The notes below the pieces were generated by a model that saw only the letters and a program-made list of their open reading frames with translations, was not told the origin of the DNA and did not search any database. A stretch of 64,000 nucleotides of DNA, from positions 1 through 64,000 of the IMG/VR virus record IMGVR_UViG_3300028840_005764; one strand, 5' to 3'. The position numbers were made by a program, and so were the translations under genes. Position 1 is the stretch's first letter. Each line of letters begins with the position of its first letter. This stretch comes from a virus. This document shows, one piece after another, positions 49,801 through 58,450 of this stretch.

Positions 49801-50572
49801 GTTGACTATCAGATGTGTTGATAAAGAGTGGTTACATGGTGAGTTGCGAGGTAAATACATTCTCCTGGAACGAATCTTCGAACCGCATGTGGTAGCACCT
49901 CCGGGTTCTGATCAGGAATACAGAAATGTTGCTTTTAAAATCGTGGATAATGGTGCTGATTTTGTCATAATCAGCACAGCTGGTTTGATAGATGATGCCG
50001 CACATGGCGGGGCTTCATCCCACTTGTTTCAAGATCAACGTGTTGTGGCTGGAGATTCTTTTGTTATTTATGATTCAAGAATGAGTTTAGTTACACGTGA
50101 TGTTTCTGCTTATAAATATGTCAGGTTTTTCATTAGACAATCTGATTTATGGTCCGATCCGTGGGGTAATAACCAGCCAAGTTTGCCGAATGAAGACTCA
50201 TGGTCAGTTGGCGAATTAGACTTTGGGAAACGTATCGAGTTGGAAGACAACTTTAGCTATGGATCGACTCGACAATTACAACAGAACAATACAATCAAGG
50301 AGAATGACTATGGCCAGTCAGATGTAACGAATCAAGGAGAGCCAATTCACGTATTCTCTATGGTATACAACATTACTTCCGATGATGATGCTGATGCGCT
50401 TCAAGCGTTGTACGATGCCGCCAACGAAGTAGGTCAGCCGTTTTGGTACATTCCTGATGTGGTAACAAGCCCAGAGGAATTGTACCTTGTTGTATTCTCT
50501 AAGGATTATTCGTATTCAAAGACACTCCCAGATCGGCAGGATATCAAGTTCTTGTTGGAAGAGGTCGTGTGA
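46823..50572 (+). CDS. Tail-tip protein: Ig-like domain + Asp-box propeller + distal-tail-like C-terminus
   Basis: DLTPPYVQNEDPAPGQTNV Ig start, RSYDNGNNW and YSKDFVTW Asp-boxes, C-terminal FSYG...GQPFWYIPD. Confidence 0.7.
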   Translation: MPDIFLGELDLDLTPPYVQNEDPAPGQTNVSIETAISFNILEPNFEAGVDPDTITVTVNGTNAILDGFFQTGYNGSISPITLGLAVGYRVIIVPAIYLSDDSTFLITVDADDLAGIPNTMPTHSWTFYTGEQFDTNAHIFLANSMTQTVNSASSAFQSKFNQVQAGSHGNISLSVEKDNPDPTKNYQIRTIVAGRLDTKLNVVQNTELELGVGQITYEDEKVFKGDYQPPLVVVDDGDEVYGINRTFNRMVYSSINNPIFNLRLVDRDDDTFFVFYRDGIGVKASAVNKVNTSGSTGITALLVSGASGMDAAVKLSFTSFMVASLSSSSAGGVRTYTMEIVKCDQYVVNEEVISPFQFTGPDASDAGHLDLIADGSGNVYGTFYYTETGNDIDRKIRFIRSYDNGNNWDFVYFPGTNEISTLPNFFDEIGFDPYTTNGDGLEYPRLSYDPINEIFIITVMSKRTAPDAGARCGTAYSKDFVTWNRLNYPVFRNFVQLWSTAEDLDTDEKSAKLVRFNNKYFSICSDSEGIYSCIFESENETHGSRRGLVWAGDNSSATGGYRIDKHDYAVFNNVLYYATEFLSTGFAKIGFVIHALGGHTNLPDKTQYSGGWFGTVGEPDSDIGFSKTVGGTSSASSDQYGLTITVNTGAADQLYYGRTDLDTSVMKDDGAKVKFVIKPVQDGGRTSDSAQRIHLKLPNTGNTDNFHITVRVSTDGIYVVNESPGGESAQFAITINDFYEILLVAKPSSTTCVVKCFYRSVYANALWTPASIESTTDTWIELTGIPTFTSPDTTSKGEFHFGLIGPQPSQTSEAIWKSVYYCDGVEPTDIEFTTTDSIDTYNPSTDEASLDLLPIGREGIRQRTVGSVDTWQRTISGIILRWHGLDAFKNDSWTFNTTSDFNEVNVTSKIPKLVYRTENTSSDQSVLFFSEDDDMGAYIMDTFIMLNTNFRYCKIQANNDGTTWSPAPLELDVDFGLEDGTIYETTLRINEDMLTIRCVDKEWLHGELRGKYILLERIFEPHVVAPPGSDQEYRNVAFKIVDNGADFVIISTAGLIDDAAHGGASSHLFQDQRVVAGDSFVIYDSRMSLVTRDVSAYKYVRFFIRQSDLWSDPWGNNQPSLPNEDSWSVGELDFGKRIELEDNFSYGSTRQLQQNNTIKENDYGQSDVTNQGEPIHVFSMVYNITSDDDADALQALYDAANEVGQPFWYIPDVVTSPEELYLVVFSKDYSYSKTLPDRQDIKFLLEEVV

Positions 50573-53500
50573 TGGTGCAGACTGGTTTTTTACATAATCG
50601 CGCCTTACACAAGTTAGCTGCAATTCATTCTGAGGACACAGCAGAATATAAGTATGCAGTAGAAAGCACATCAAATATCAATCCTGCAGAAGAAAATGCA
50701 GCTGAGTTTTCTATTATTGATTTTGATCCGACACAAGATTTAGAAGTACACAGCACGTCTCCTAATACGTATTATGGTATGCGTGTAAGAAATATCAATG
50801 GAGGCCCATTAATTGATAAACATAGCAATTATCGTTATCCAGTTGATGTACCAGATTTCGCTCTGGGAACAGCTCGTTTCGCATTAGTTGATTATGTAAA
50901 TGATTGTATTGATAACAAGGCTAAAGACGAATATTGGTCATTTTACAATCATAGTGTAATTTCAAGTTTATCCTCTGACAGAGTTAAGCATTCTGGCCAC
51001 AGTGATGGCGAAGTTCTAATGTGCAGCTTCTATAAATATGCTGGCAATTTCTATGAAATATATGTTTCTGTTTATAATGAATCTACTGAAACTTGGGGTG
51101 CTTATATATTAATAGATACGATACCAAGATTTCTCATTAGTGCAATTAATATAGATTGTTCTCCAACATTTTTGACTGTTCCTAATCTTGGAACGCTTTT
51201 ATTGTATTATTCTATATCACAAGATGCGTATGGTTCGTTGGATTATTCTGCTCAAAATGTAACTATGGCAATCACTAAAAATCACGGACAAACATGGGAG
51301 AAGTTTGGTAGTTTTACTTTGGATCCCTATCATGGAAAAGTTGTGCCATCAGACGTGCTATTAGAATGGGGTTGTACCGTACTGAAAGCTATATATCACA
51401 ATAATAAAATTATATTAGGTACTATGTTACAAGGTACTGATTCACCTGGCGCTCCTGCTGATGATGAGTTAAGAAGTCAAAGAATATTAAACATAGTTTA
51501 TTCAAATGATTTAGGCAAAAGCTGGACAACAGTACCATTTGAATTTGTTAGTGCTTCAACGCTTGGTGGTATACCGGCGACTTCATATAACTATGGTGAT
51601 AGTAATAATAGTGGCCCAGCTAATTTCGGCCTTGGTGTTGAACCTCAAAGCGACAAAGTTGTTGTTGTACTTAGAAGTACTGGTGATGAAGAAATAATTG
51701 AGAATACTGAAAAGATATTTTTCTTTTATAATATTGATGACGATTTGGGGCAATGGGGTGCATCTACTGTTGGTAGCCGTAATTATCGTTTGATTGATGA
51801 TTTTTCAGAGAATAGTCTTGAGACGCGTGCTAGTGGTTCACTGATTGCTGTAACTAAATCTAATTTGAACGATGGCGACTATTTTATTTTGAATGATGGT
51901 GTAAATATAGCAACAGAATTCTATTTTGATGTGAGCGGCACATATACTCCTCCAAGTGGAGTAGAGATTGATATTAGTGCTACTGCCACTGCACAAGATG
52001 TATCAGATACTATTGTTTCTGTAGTCAACGGTGTGGGTACACTCGATATAACAGCTATAAACTACGGTGGAACTTCTACAAGAGTTTTATTTATAGCAGA
52101 TAATTATGGATCAGCGGCAAATAACAAAATTATTGAATATACCAATTCGACATTGAATGTCGATGGCATGTCTGGCGGTATTACATATCCAGTTTTGAAA
52201 TATTTGATTGAAGATATTGATATTGGTTCAACCGTAACAGACACTCCATCCAATTGGCATGTGTCTGGCGGTTATTTAGTACAAGATAGTTATATTAACG
52301 ACCCAAGCCGTGCTGGTGGTGCTGGAGGCACACAACTAATTTATAGAGAACATGACGATCCTACATTAAATAGAACAGTCGGTTTGCATGTAGATGTAAA
52401 ATACTTTTTTGATGTTTTCCACACTGTTGGAAGTGGCGTATTTGGGTTGGGTTTTTGTAGGCAAGATGAGGATTCGTATTATACGGTTGAGATAGATACG
52501 ACTAACATCGCATATGGTATATGTGATATGAATATATATTTAATTAATGGCGCCATCGGGACAAGAACAGCAATTAGTTCATCTGCCCAAATCCCATTTA
52601 ATTATATCAGCGGAGACGGCGCTATAGATGTAATCTTTGAAGGTGATGATACAATTAGAGTATTTTTCAATGGTGATTTAATCTGTACTGCTACAGATAA
52701 TATATTAAGAACAGGAAGAATTTTCTTGTTCTGTAATGGTATGGCTCCAATCAGATTCGATAACTGGGGTTTGTTAACCAATATTGAAAGAAAGAATGTT
52801 ATTGGTACCGGGGCTGATGATGGTTTTAGTAATATCTTCCCAATGGTTGGATCAAATATAGAGTTAGTTGTTGATCAATACAATCAAGCGTGGATCGCTG
52901 CAGATATCAAAAGTACTCATTGGGGGTCTACGCAATTCAATTCATTTGGTGTTGCATTTAACAAATTTGTACTTGAAAGAGATGTAGAACGTGTAGAGGG
53001 AAAATTCTTGGCAAAGGATACTTATTCTGTAAAGTTTCATAATTCAAAATATTTCAATGATGATTGTGGTTATTATTTCTCGCCACATGAATTTGGTTTG
53101 TATCCAACCCATTATGATACAACACCAACCACACGCGTGTTCATGGAAGCTTTTCTATGGCACAAAGAAGAACCTGTTTTCTATATCCGCAGCGGTACGG
53201 ACAGCAGCGGTACAGAAGAATTATTTTTAGTACAAAGAGCTATATATTCTACAAGAACAATATCACCTAATTTTGGTTCAGTTTACAGCGCTGTTCCTTG
53301 GACATCGGATCCAGAGTACTCAGGTTGGTATCTGAATGGTACGTACACAGATGTAGATGGATGGTTCATACGTACACAACAATCTACTGGTTGGATTGAA
53401 CAATCATATGTATTTGATACTGATACCTTTAGCACTGACGGCAACAGAGCGATGCCGGTTAGATATTGGGATTTTTATCATCGAGGCTTCGTGTTCTTAA

Positions 53501-55077
53501 TGTCAACAAGAAGTTATTCTGCCAATAGTGTTAATGCTACAAGAACAATTTGCGAATTTACCGTACCACGCATTATTCAAGGTGCTGCGTCACCAGAAGA
53601 ATGCAAGCTGCGTATTGTGTCTACAGACGAATCTGGTGTTGGGAATGAAGACGGTAGCTATGACCTTCAACATTATGTGGGTGGTACAACTTGGACGTCA
53701 TTGGATACTTTGAACAACATAGACCCAAAAGGTGGGGCCACAGGTGTGTTCTGGGACATCATGGTCTTTCTTGTGCCGTCCATGATGACATCGGATTCGT
53801 ATCCACACGTGTCGGCCTACGCGCGCCTCTCAGGGTCAGCGGAGTGGTCCGTCATTGCTGAGGACGAGACAGTCAGTACATATACGGTGGCTAGTATCGT
53901 GGCTGATGTCAGAGCTGGTTCGATAGGTGGTTCTGGAGCCATCAATCAACAAGAAATCAAATTTCTTGGTTATACAGATACATGTTTTGTTGATCCAGCT
54001 ATTAATCCTGTTCGTGGTGAAAGTCTTTTTAGTGGTGAGCGGGTAAAGGCCACACATGGAATCGTGTATACGGTTGGCGGAGGTTTCAGTAGCAAAGGAG
54101 ATGAGTGGCATATCACAGATTTAGAAAGAAGTGATTATCCTGCGTCTAATGTCTTCGATCGTAAATCTGTTTTATGGGAAAGTGACGGTGACAATACTGA
54201 TAAAGAAGTAATAATAGACGCAGACCATGATGTTGAATTTAATTCGATTGTATTAACAGGTGTTAACACAAGATATATAGCTGTTCAGTCAAATGATACT
54301 GATAATTTTACAACACCCAATTTCTCTGTTGAAATTGATCTAGCAAAATATACTGATGTACCCATTGATAAAATAGTTAATCAAGATGATATGGTACGGT
54401 TGTATACTGTTGGCACTGGATTCCGTAGAGATGAGCTCCGAGACCAGCTGTTCATTACAGAAAATTCCAGTCACGGTTGTTTCCGTATCCGTGCAAATAG
54501 TGGCCGTTATTTATTTTATGAGACTGATACGGCAGCTTCTATACCAGTTGGAAATTGGTATATACATATACTTTCAGACAGTGTCGCTCTTAAACTTGTG
54601 AAGAGACATAAGGATAGATATTTCAGAATCATTTGCCGAAAGAGTGGTTACACATACCCAACACCAGAGGGCTATTTCAAGATTGGTCAATTTTCAGTTG
54701 GTATGTTTGACGACTTACAAGAGAATCCAGAACGCAATCGTGACGTTACATATCAAAATCACACGAAAACAGTCAAATCTCTTGGTGGATCGACAAGAAT
54801 GTTGCGCCAAGGACCTGTATCTAGAAATAGAAGAGTTTTGTTTTCTGCCATCAGTACAAATAAACGTGCTTTTGCCGAACAATTACGTAGAATTGTTGAA
54901 CATTGTGATGGCAGGTACCCTTTATTTTTCGTTGATGATATAGAAGAATATCAATTAACGTCATATGGCACATACTCTTTAAATGTTTTCCCATGTTACA
55001 TAGATAAAGATATAAGCATGCCACAGAATCCAGGGAATATAACTAATATAACATTACAGCTTAAGGAAGATATATAA
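50569..55077 (+). CDS. Tail-tip protein paralogous to the upstream gene (Asp-box propeller, lectin-like domains, distal-tail-like C-terminus)
   Basis: TKNHGQTW and SNDLGKSW Asp-boxes. C-terminal ~330 aa align by eye with 46823..50572. Confidence 0.7.
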   Translation: MMVQTGFLHNRALHKLAAIHSEDTAEYKYAVESTSNINPAEENAAEFSIIDFDPTQDLEVHSTSPNTYYGMRVRNINGGPLIDKHSNYRYPVDVPDFALGTARFALVDYVNDCIDNKAKDEYWSFYNHSVISSLSSDRVKHSGHSDGEVLMCSFYKYAGNFYEIYVSVYNESTETWGAYILIDTIPRFLISAINIDCSPTFLTVPNLGTLLLYYSISQDAYGSLDYSAQNVTMAITKNHGQTWEKFGSFTLDPYHGKVVPSDVLLEWGCTVLKAIYHNNKIILGTMLQGTDSPGAPADDELRSQRILNIVYSNDLGKSWTTVPFEFVSASTLGGIPATSYNYGDSNNSGPANFGLGVEPQSDKVVVVLRSTGDEEIIENTEKIFFFYNIDDDLGQWGASTVGSRNYRLIDDFSENSLETRASGSLIAVTKSNLNDGDYFILNDGVNIATEFYFDVSGTYTPPSGVEIDISATATAQDVSDTIVSVVNGVGTLDITAINYGGTSTRVLFIADNYGSAANNKIIEYTNSTLNVDGMSGGITYPVLKYLIEDIDIGSTVTDTPSNWHVSGGYLVQDSYINDPSRAGGAGGTQLIYREHDDPTLNRTVGLHVDVKYFFDVFHTVGSGVFGLGFCRQDEDSYYTVEIDTTNIAYGICDMNIYLINGAIGTRTAISSSAQIPFNYISGDGAIDVIFEGDDTIRVFFNGDLICTATDNILRTGRIFLFCNGMAPIRFDNWGLLTNIERKNVIGTGADDGFSNIFPMVGSNIELVVDQYNQAWIAADIKSTHWGSTQFNSFGVAFNKFVLERDVERVEGKFLAKDTYSVKFHNSKYFNDDCGYYFSPHEFGLYPTHYDTTPTTRVFMEAFLWHKEEPVFYIRSGTDSSGTEELFLVQRAIYSTRTISPNFGSVYSAVPWTSDPEYSGWYLNGTYTDVDGWFIRTQQSTGWIEQSYVFDTDTFSTDGNRAMPVRYWDFYHRGFVFLMSTRSYSANSVNATRTICEFTVPRIIQGAASPEECKLRIVSTDESGVGNEDGSYDLQHYVGGTTWTSLDTLNNIDPKGGATGVFWDIMVFLVPSMMTSDSYPHVSAYARLSGSAEWSVIAEDETVSTYTVASIVADVRAGSIGGSGAINQQEIKFLGYTDTCFVDPAINPVRGESLFSGERVKATHGIVYTVGGGFSSKGDEWHITDLERSDYPASNVFDRKSVLWESDGDNTDKEVIIDADHDVEFNSIVLTGVNTRYIAVQSNDTDNFTTPNFSVEIDLAKYTDVPIDKIVNQDDMVRLYTVGTGFRRDELRDQLFITENSSHGCFRIRANSGRYLFYETDTAASIPVGNWYIHILSDSVALKLVKRHKDRYFRIICRKSGYTYPTPEGYFKIGQFSVGMFDDLQENPERNRDVTYQNHTKTVKSLGGSTRMLRQGPVSRNRRVLFSAISTNKRAFAEQLRRIVEHCDGRYPLFFVDDIEEYQLTSYGTYSLNVFPCYIDKDISMPQNPGNITNITLQLKEDI

Positions 55078-57788
55078 TGGAAGATTATAAAAACACAAGA
55101 ATATTACTAGACATAGATCTGATAGATAGGCACTATCGGTATTCAGATGTTGATGGCCCTGCGCACAAATACTCAACTTCTTCAAATGGTAATGTTATAG
55201 TAGAAGATGATATAATTTTATATAAAGGTTTAATAATGAATTCAGGTGATATAAAAAATTCATTCAATGTGACAACAAACAAACCATCTGTTGGCAACGT
55301 ATCGGTGTCTATATTTAATGAAGATAATTTACATCTAGGCAATCACCCTGTAGCAATAGAATCAGGGAATGCTTCTATAAAAATTATTAATAATGATGAT
55401 TATGAAGATATAATAAATTCATTTAGTGGAAAAATTGATTCGGTACAATGGGACAGAGAAATAATAAAATTTCAAATCAGAAGTGAAGAGATAACAATAT
55501 ATAGAAATGTTCCAGATATTGTCTTTGATGAGAAAACATTTCAAGACACACGCGTCATTGTAGATCCAAAATTTGTAGTTTCTGAAGGAATAATTATGCG
55601 GTTTGGCGAAACAGCTACACCAATATGGGGGTATGAGGATGATGACAGAATAGAAGTTCGATATGCCAAACGTATCACGCATCCAGAGCTCAAGGCGCCA
55701 GATGACTACTGGAAAGGCGCACGCATTGACTGTGTTGATGCTAGTGGTACGATAGCCGATCCAGAGAGCAGCAATTTTGCTATAGGCGAGTTTGCAGTAG
55801 CTATTCGCTCGGCAGATGATTATATTGTATTGCCAACAGTTTTAGATCGTTATTATATGTACACTTTTATTGATAAAAATCTACGCGAACATGGAAACGA
55901 CGCGACTGGCGGAAACGCTCCATCCGCGCCATATGAAATGCATAGTGTTTTAAATAATACAATGTCCAATGCCTGGAAAGCAGATACGGTATTGATAAAA
56001 AATGGTGGTTTTGATGTTGATGCGGAATGGACTAAGGGCGTAGGTTGGTCCATAGGCAGTGGTGTGGCAACCTGTACACCAACAGTTGGTTCTACTGATT
56101 TAGCATATAATGATACAACTATGTTTGAAGAAGGAGCTATATATATAGTTGAATTTGATTTGCTTAGTTTTACACAAGGCCGTATATCAGTACATATCAA
56201 TGGTGTTCCAGTTGGTGCCGACTTTTCTACTACAATCAGATATCTGGCTCCGGGCATTAGCGGCAGATACAAGATGCGAATCAAGGCTGGAGCCCAGACC
56301 GGTGGCGCTACAGACGGCTTGCGCTTCTACACGGGGCCGTGGGGTGGTTTCGAATTCGGTGGTTCGATTGATAACGTGACGGTCAACAAAACCGACACCG
56401 CCAAGTTCTTGATCACCAGGAAACCTGTGCCTGAGAATGCCGACAGCGTTGGTAAGCCGTTCCCCATTGTCTACGGCCACGTAGAGAAGATGTACGCGGT
56501 CTGGGCCATTAGCGCTAAGAGCACGCGTCAGAACTCGTTGTCGGCTGGTGACGACCTGTATGTGATTGCTGGGCACAAAATCTACGATCGCAGTCCCACG
56601 GAGGTCAGAGTCTATTTTGGACTTGATGAGAACGCGCAGGGCATGAACTACAAGCACGGGTCGTTGGACTACGTACCAAACCCATTACCACGTAGCATCT
56701 CTGAGATTGATCCGTGGCACGAAGGCAACCTGACAGGCGATACGCAGCCAACAGTTACTAGCAAGTATGACTTGCGCTCAGGAGACCCGTCAAAAGACGT
56801 ATGTCCGTTCCACAAGCTCGTGGAGGTCACGACCAACTACGGCGATGTGGTGACAGCTATCAAGCTGCGTGGAGACGAGTACACAGGTTGGTTTGATGGC
56901 AACGAACTACCGCCAGTTGAGGTTGGAGACGGCGACCTGCCAGGAATAAATGGCCAACCTCAGTTCCCAATACGTTATGGGCTTGGTAATAGTAAGATAT
57001 ATGTCTCGTTTCGAGGCATGGAAGATACCACAGGTGTTATTACTGGTATCCCAAATTCTCTCATTGAGCACCCAGTAGACATCATCAAACATTTTCTCTT
57101 GCATTATACGAATATCAACAATGACAGATCAAAGATCAACGATCAGACTTTCGCTGATGCCAAAGCCAGACTAGAGAATTGGCGTTTCGGCGCGGCGATC
57201 ACAGATATAGCAGATGGCAAGAAAATTCTTGAGCGTTTGACAGGTCAGTGCAAAGCCAACTGGCAGTGGAAGAACGGTGTATTTAATATTAGCGTATTAG
57301 ACTTAGAAAATCGTGATCCTGTATTTTTTATTAATGAACGCGAACACTTTGTTGGGAAACAGAGTTGGTCAAGACCTAAGCTTTCTGGAATGTATAATGA
57401 CTTTATAATGAAATATGGTTTCAATTCTATAAAGAATGAGTATGACCGTGTTGTAGTACGGAATAAATCAAATGATCAGCTATGCCGCAATATGTATTCA
57501 GAGTATGGTGTAATAAGATCACTTAAAGAGATACTTTGTCCTGACATATTTGATTCCTTCACGGCAAATAAATTGATGGATCACTATGTATTACTGTATG
57601 CAATCCAAAGGCATACGTTTACGACCAATCTTCGGTATTCAGAAGATACCAGGGAAATTCAACCAGGCTCAGTAGTTAGTATTACTTTTGTTGACGTTGA
57701 TGACGTGGAAACGACTGAAACGTATTTGGCTACTTCAATTAGTATGAAGAGAGATTCCTTCAAAGCTTCGTTTTTAGAATTACCATAA
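55077..57788 (+). CDS. Baseplate hub/central tail tip protein with inserted carbohydrate-binding-like domain
   Basis: FSGKID...IKF, VGKPFPIVYG and IEHPVDII hub motifs. Inserted IKNGGFD...WTKG.GW.I...FGGSIDNVTV CBM-like unit. Last gene of the tail operon. Confidence 0.7.
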   Translation: MEDYKNTRILLDIDLIDRHYRYSDVDGPAHKYSTSSNGNVIVEDDIILYKGLIMNSGDIKNSFNVTTNKPSVGNVSVSIFNEDNLHLGNHPVAIESGNASIKIINNDDYEDIINSFSGKIDSVQWDREIIKFQIRSEEITIYRNVPDIVFDEKTFQDTRVIVDPKFVVSEGIIMRFGETATPIWGYEDDDRIEVRYAKRITHPELKAPDDYWKGARIDCVDASGTIADPESSNFAIGEFAVAIRSADDYIVLPTVLDRYYMYTFIDKNLREHGNDATGGNAPSAPYEMHSVLNNTMSNAWKADTVLIKNGGFDVDAEWTKGVGWSIGSGVATCTPTVGSTDLAYNDTTMFEEGAIYIVEFDLLSFTQGRISVHINGVPVGADFSTTIRYLAPGISGRYKMRIKAGAQTGGATDGLRFYTGPWGGFEFGGSIDNVTVNKTDTAKFLITRKPVPENADSVGKPFPIVYGHVEKMYAVWAISAKSTRQNSLSAGDDLYVIAGHKIYDRSPTEVRVYFGLDENAQGMNYKHGSLDYVPNPLPRSISEIDPWHEGNLTGDTQPTVTSKYDLRSGDPSKDVCPFHKLVEVTTNYGDVVTAIKLRGDEYTGWFDGNELPPVEVGDGDLPGINGQPQFPIRYGLGNSKIYVSFRGMEDTTGVITGIPNSLIEHPVDIIKHFLLHYTNINNDRSKINDQTFADAKARLENWRFGAAITDIADGKKILERLTGQCKANWQWKNGVFNISVLDLENRDPVFFINEREHFVGKQSWSRPKLSGMYNDFIMKYGFNSIKNEYDRVVVRNKSNDQLCRNMYSEYGVIRSLKEILCPDIFDSFTANKLMDHYVLLYAIQRHTFTTNLRYSEDTREIQPGSVVSITFVDVDDVETTETYLATSISMKRDSFKASFLELP

Positions 57789-57795
57789 TTGGCAT

Positions 57796-57821
57796 TAGCT
57801 GTCATGCAGCTAGCACTTTTT
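57796..57821 (+). terminator. Possible intrinsic terminator of the structural operon
   Basis: TAGCTG-TCATG-CAGCTA, then GCAC TTTTT, just after the last tail gene. Weak stem. Confidence 0.35.
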
Positions 57822-57902
57822 CTTCTAGCAGGGAAATAAGCTATTATTATACTGTATTATTATGAGACAGAAGTGGTGGTTTCCAGCACAGATCACCTAA
57901 AA

Positions 57903-57921
57903 TTGTATCAAAATGATACAA
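57903..57921. promoter_or_regulatory. Operator-like inverted repeat
   Basis: TTGTATCA-AAA-TGATACAA, perfect 8-bp arms in the intergenic region. Confidence 0.45.
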
Positions 57922-58030
57922 AAACTGTATGGCACGAACTTTTCAAATTTTTTTTTCGATTTTCTCGCAATTTTTTTTCTTGTGTAACTGGATGCAATCA
58001 TTACGAAAGTGAAAAAATTTTTGTTTACAG

Positions 58031-58061
58031 TTGACACAGAAATATTTTTCCCCCTTAAGAA
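58031..58061 (+). promoter_or_regulatory. Candidate sigma70 promoter
   Basis: Perfect TTGACA at 58031 after an AT-rich UP-like tract, but only a weak -10 (TTAAGA/TAAGAA). Confidence 0.3.
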
Positions 58062-58072
58062 CCCCCGACACT

Positions 58073-58375
58073 CGCGGTTACCGCGTTCATCAGTTGCAAG
58101 AAAGCCGCAAACCGTCAACCACCCAACAGCTCAAAGCGATCACATTGGGGCATCGCCCCTTTTACTCGATGACGAGGGCGAAGCCCGAGGAATCGAGTAG
58201 GTGACGTACGTTACTCAGTCATCCACTTCTCGTACATCTCGTTCAATGAACCAGAATCCAGGGGTGATCGTCGTCAACGTTAATGGCGTACTGCGCCTAG
58301 GCCAACCCCATGACAGCCAGGCCATTCTCCCTTCTGTCGAAGGGAGAGAATGACCCACCTGTCTTTCTTAAGAAA
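58073..58375. other. Cluster of GC-rich hairpins/palindromes (candidate replication origin or structured RNA)
   Basis: At least six inverted repeats in 300 bp of non-coding DNA upstream of the replication operon. Confidence 0.5.
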
Positions 58376-58450
58376 AAAATCTTTCTTGGCCGCGGATTTT
58401 TGTGTCGAATTTTTCACCAATTTTTATACGTTTTGCGGTAGATATGCGTC

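Noticed and set aside
58009-58200. 63-aa ORF in the intergenic region
   Set aside because: No SD, crosses the hairpin cluster, and has no protein-like features.
58261-58310. GGGGTG...ACCCCA segment resembling a tRNA/tmRNA acceptor stem
   Set aside because: Only 50 nt, with no T-loop (TTCRA) and no cloverleaf.
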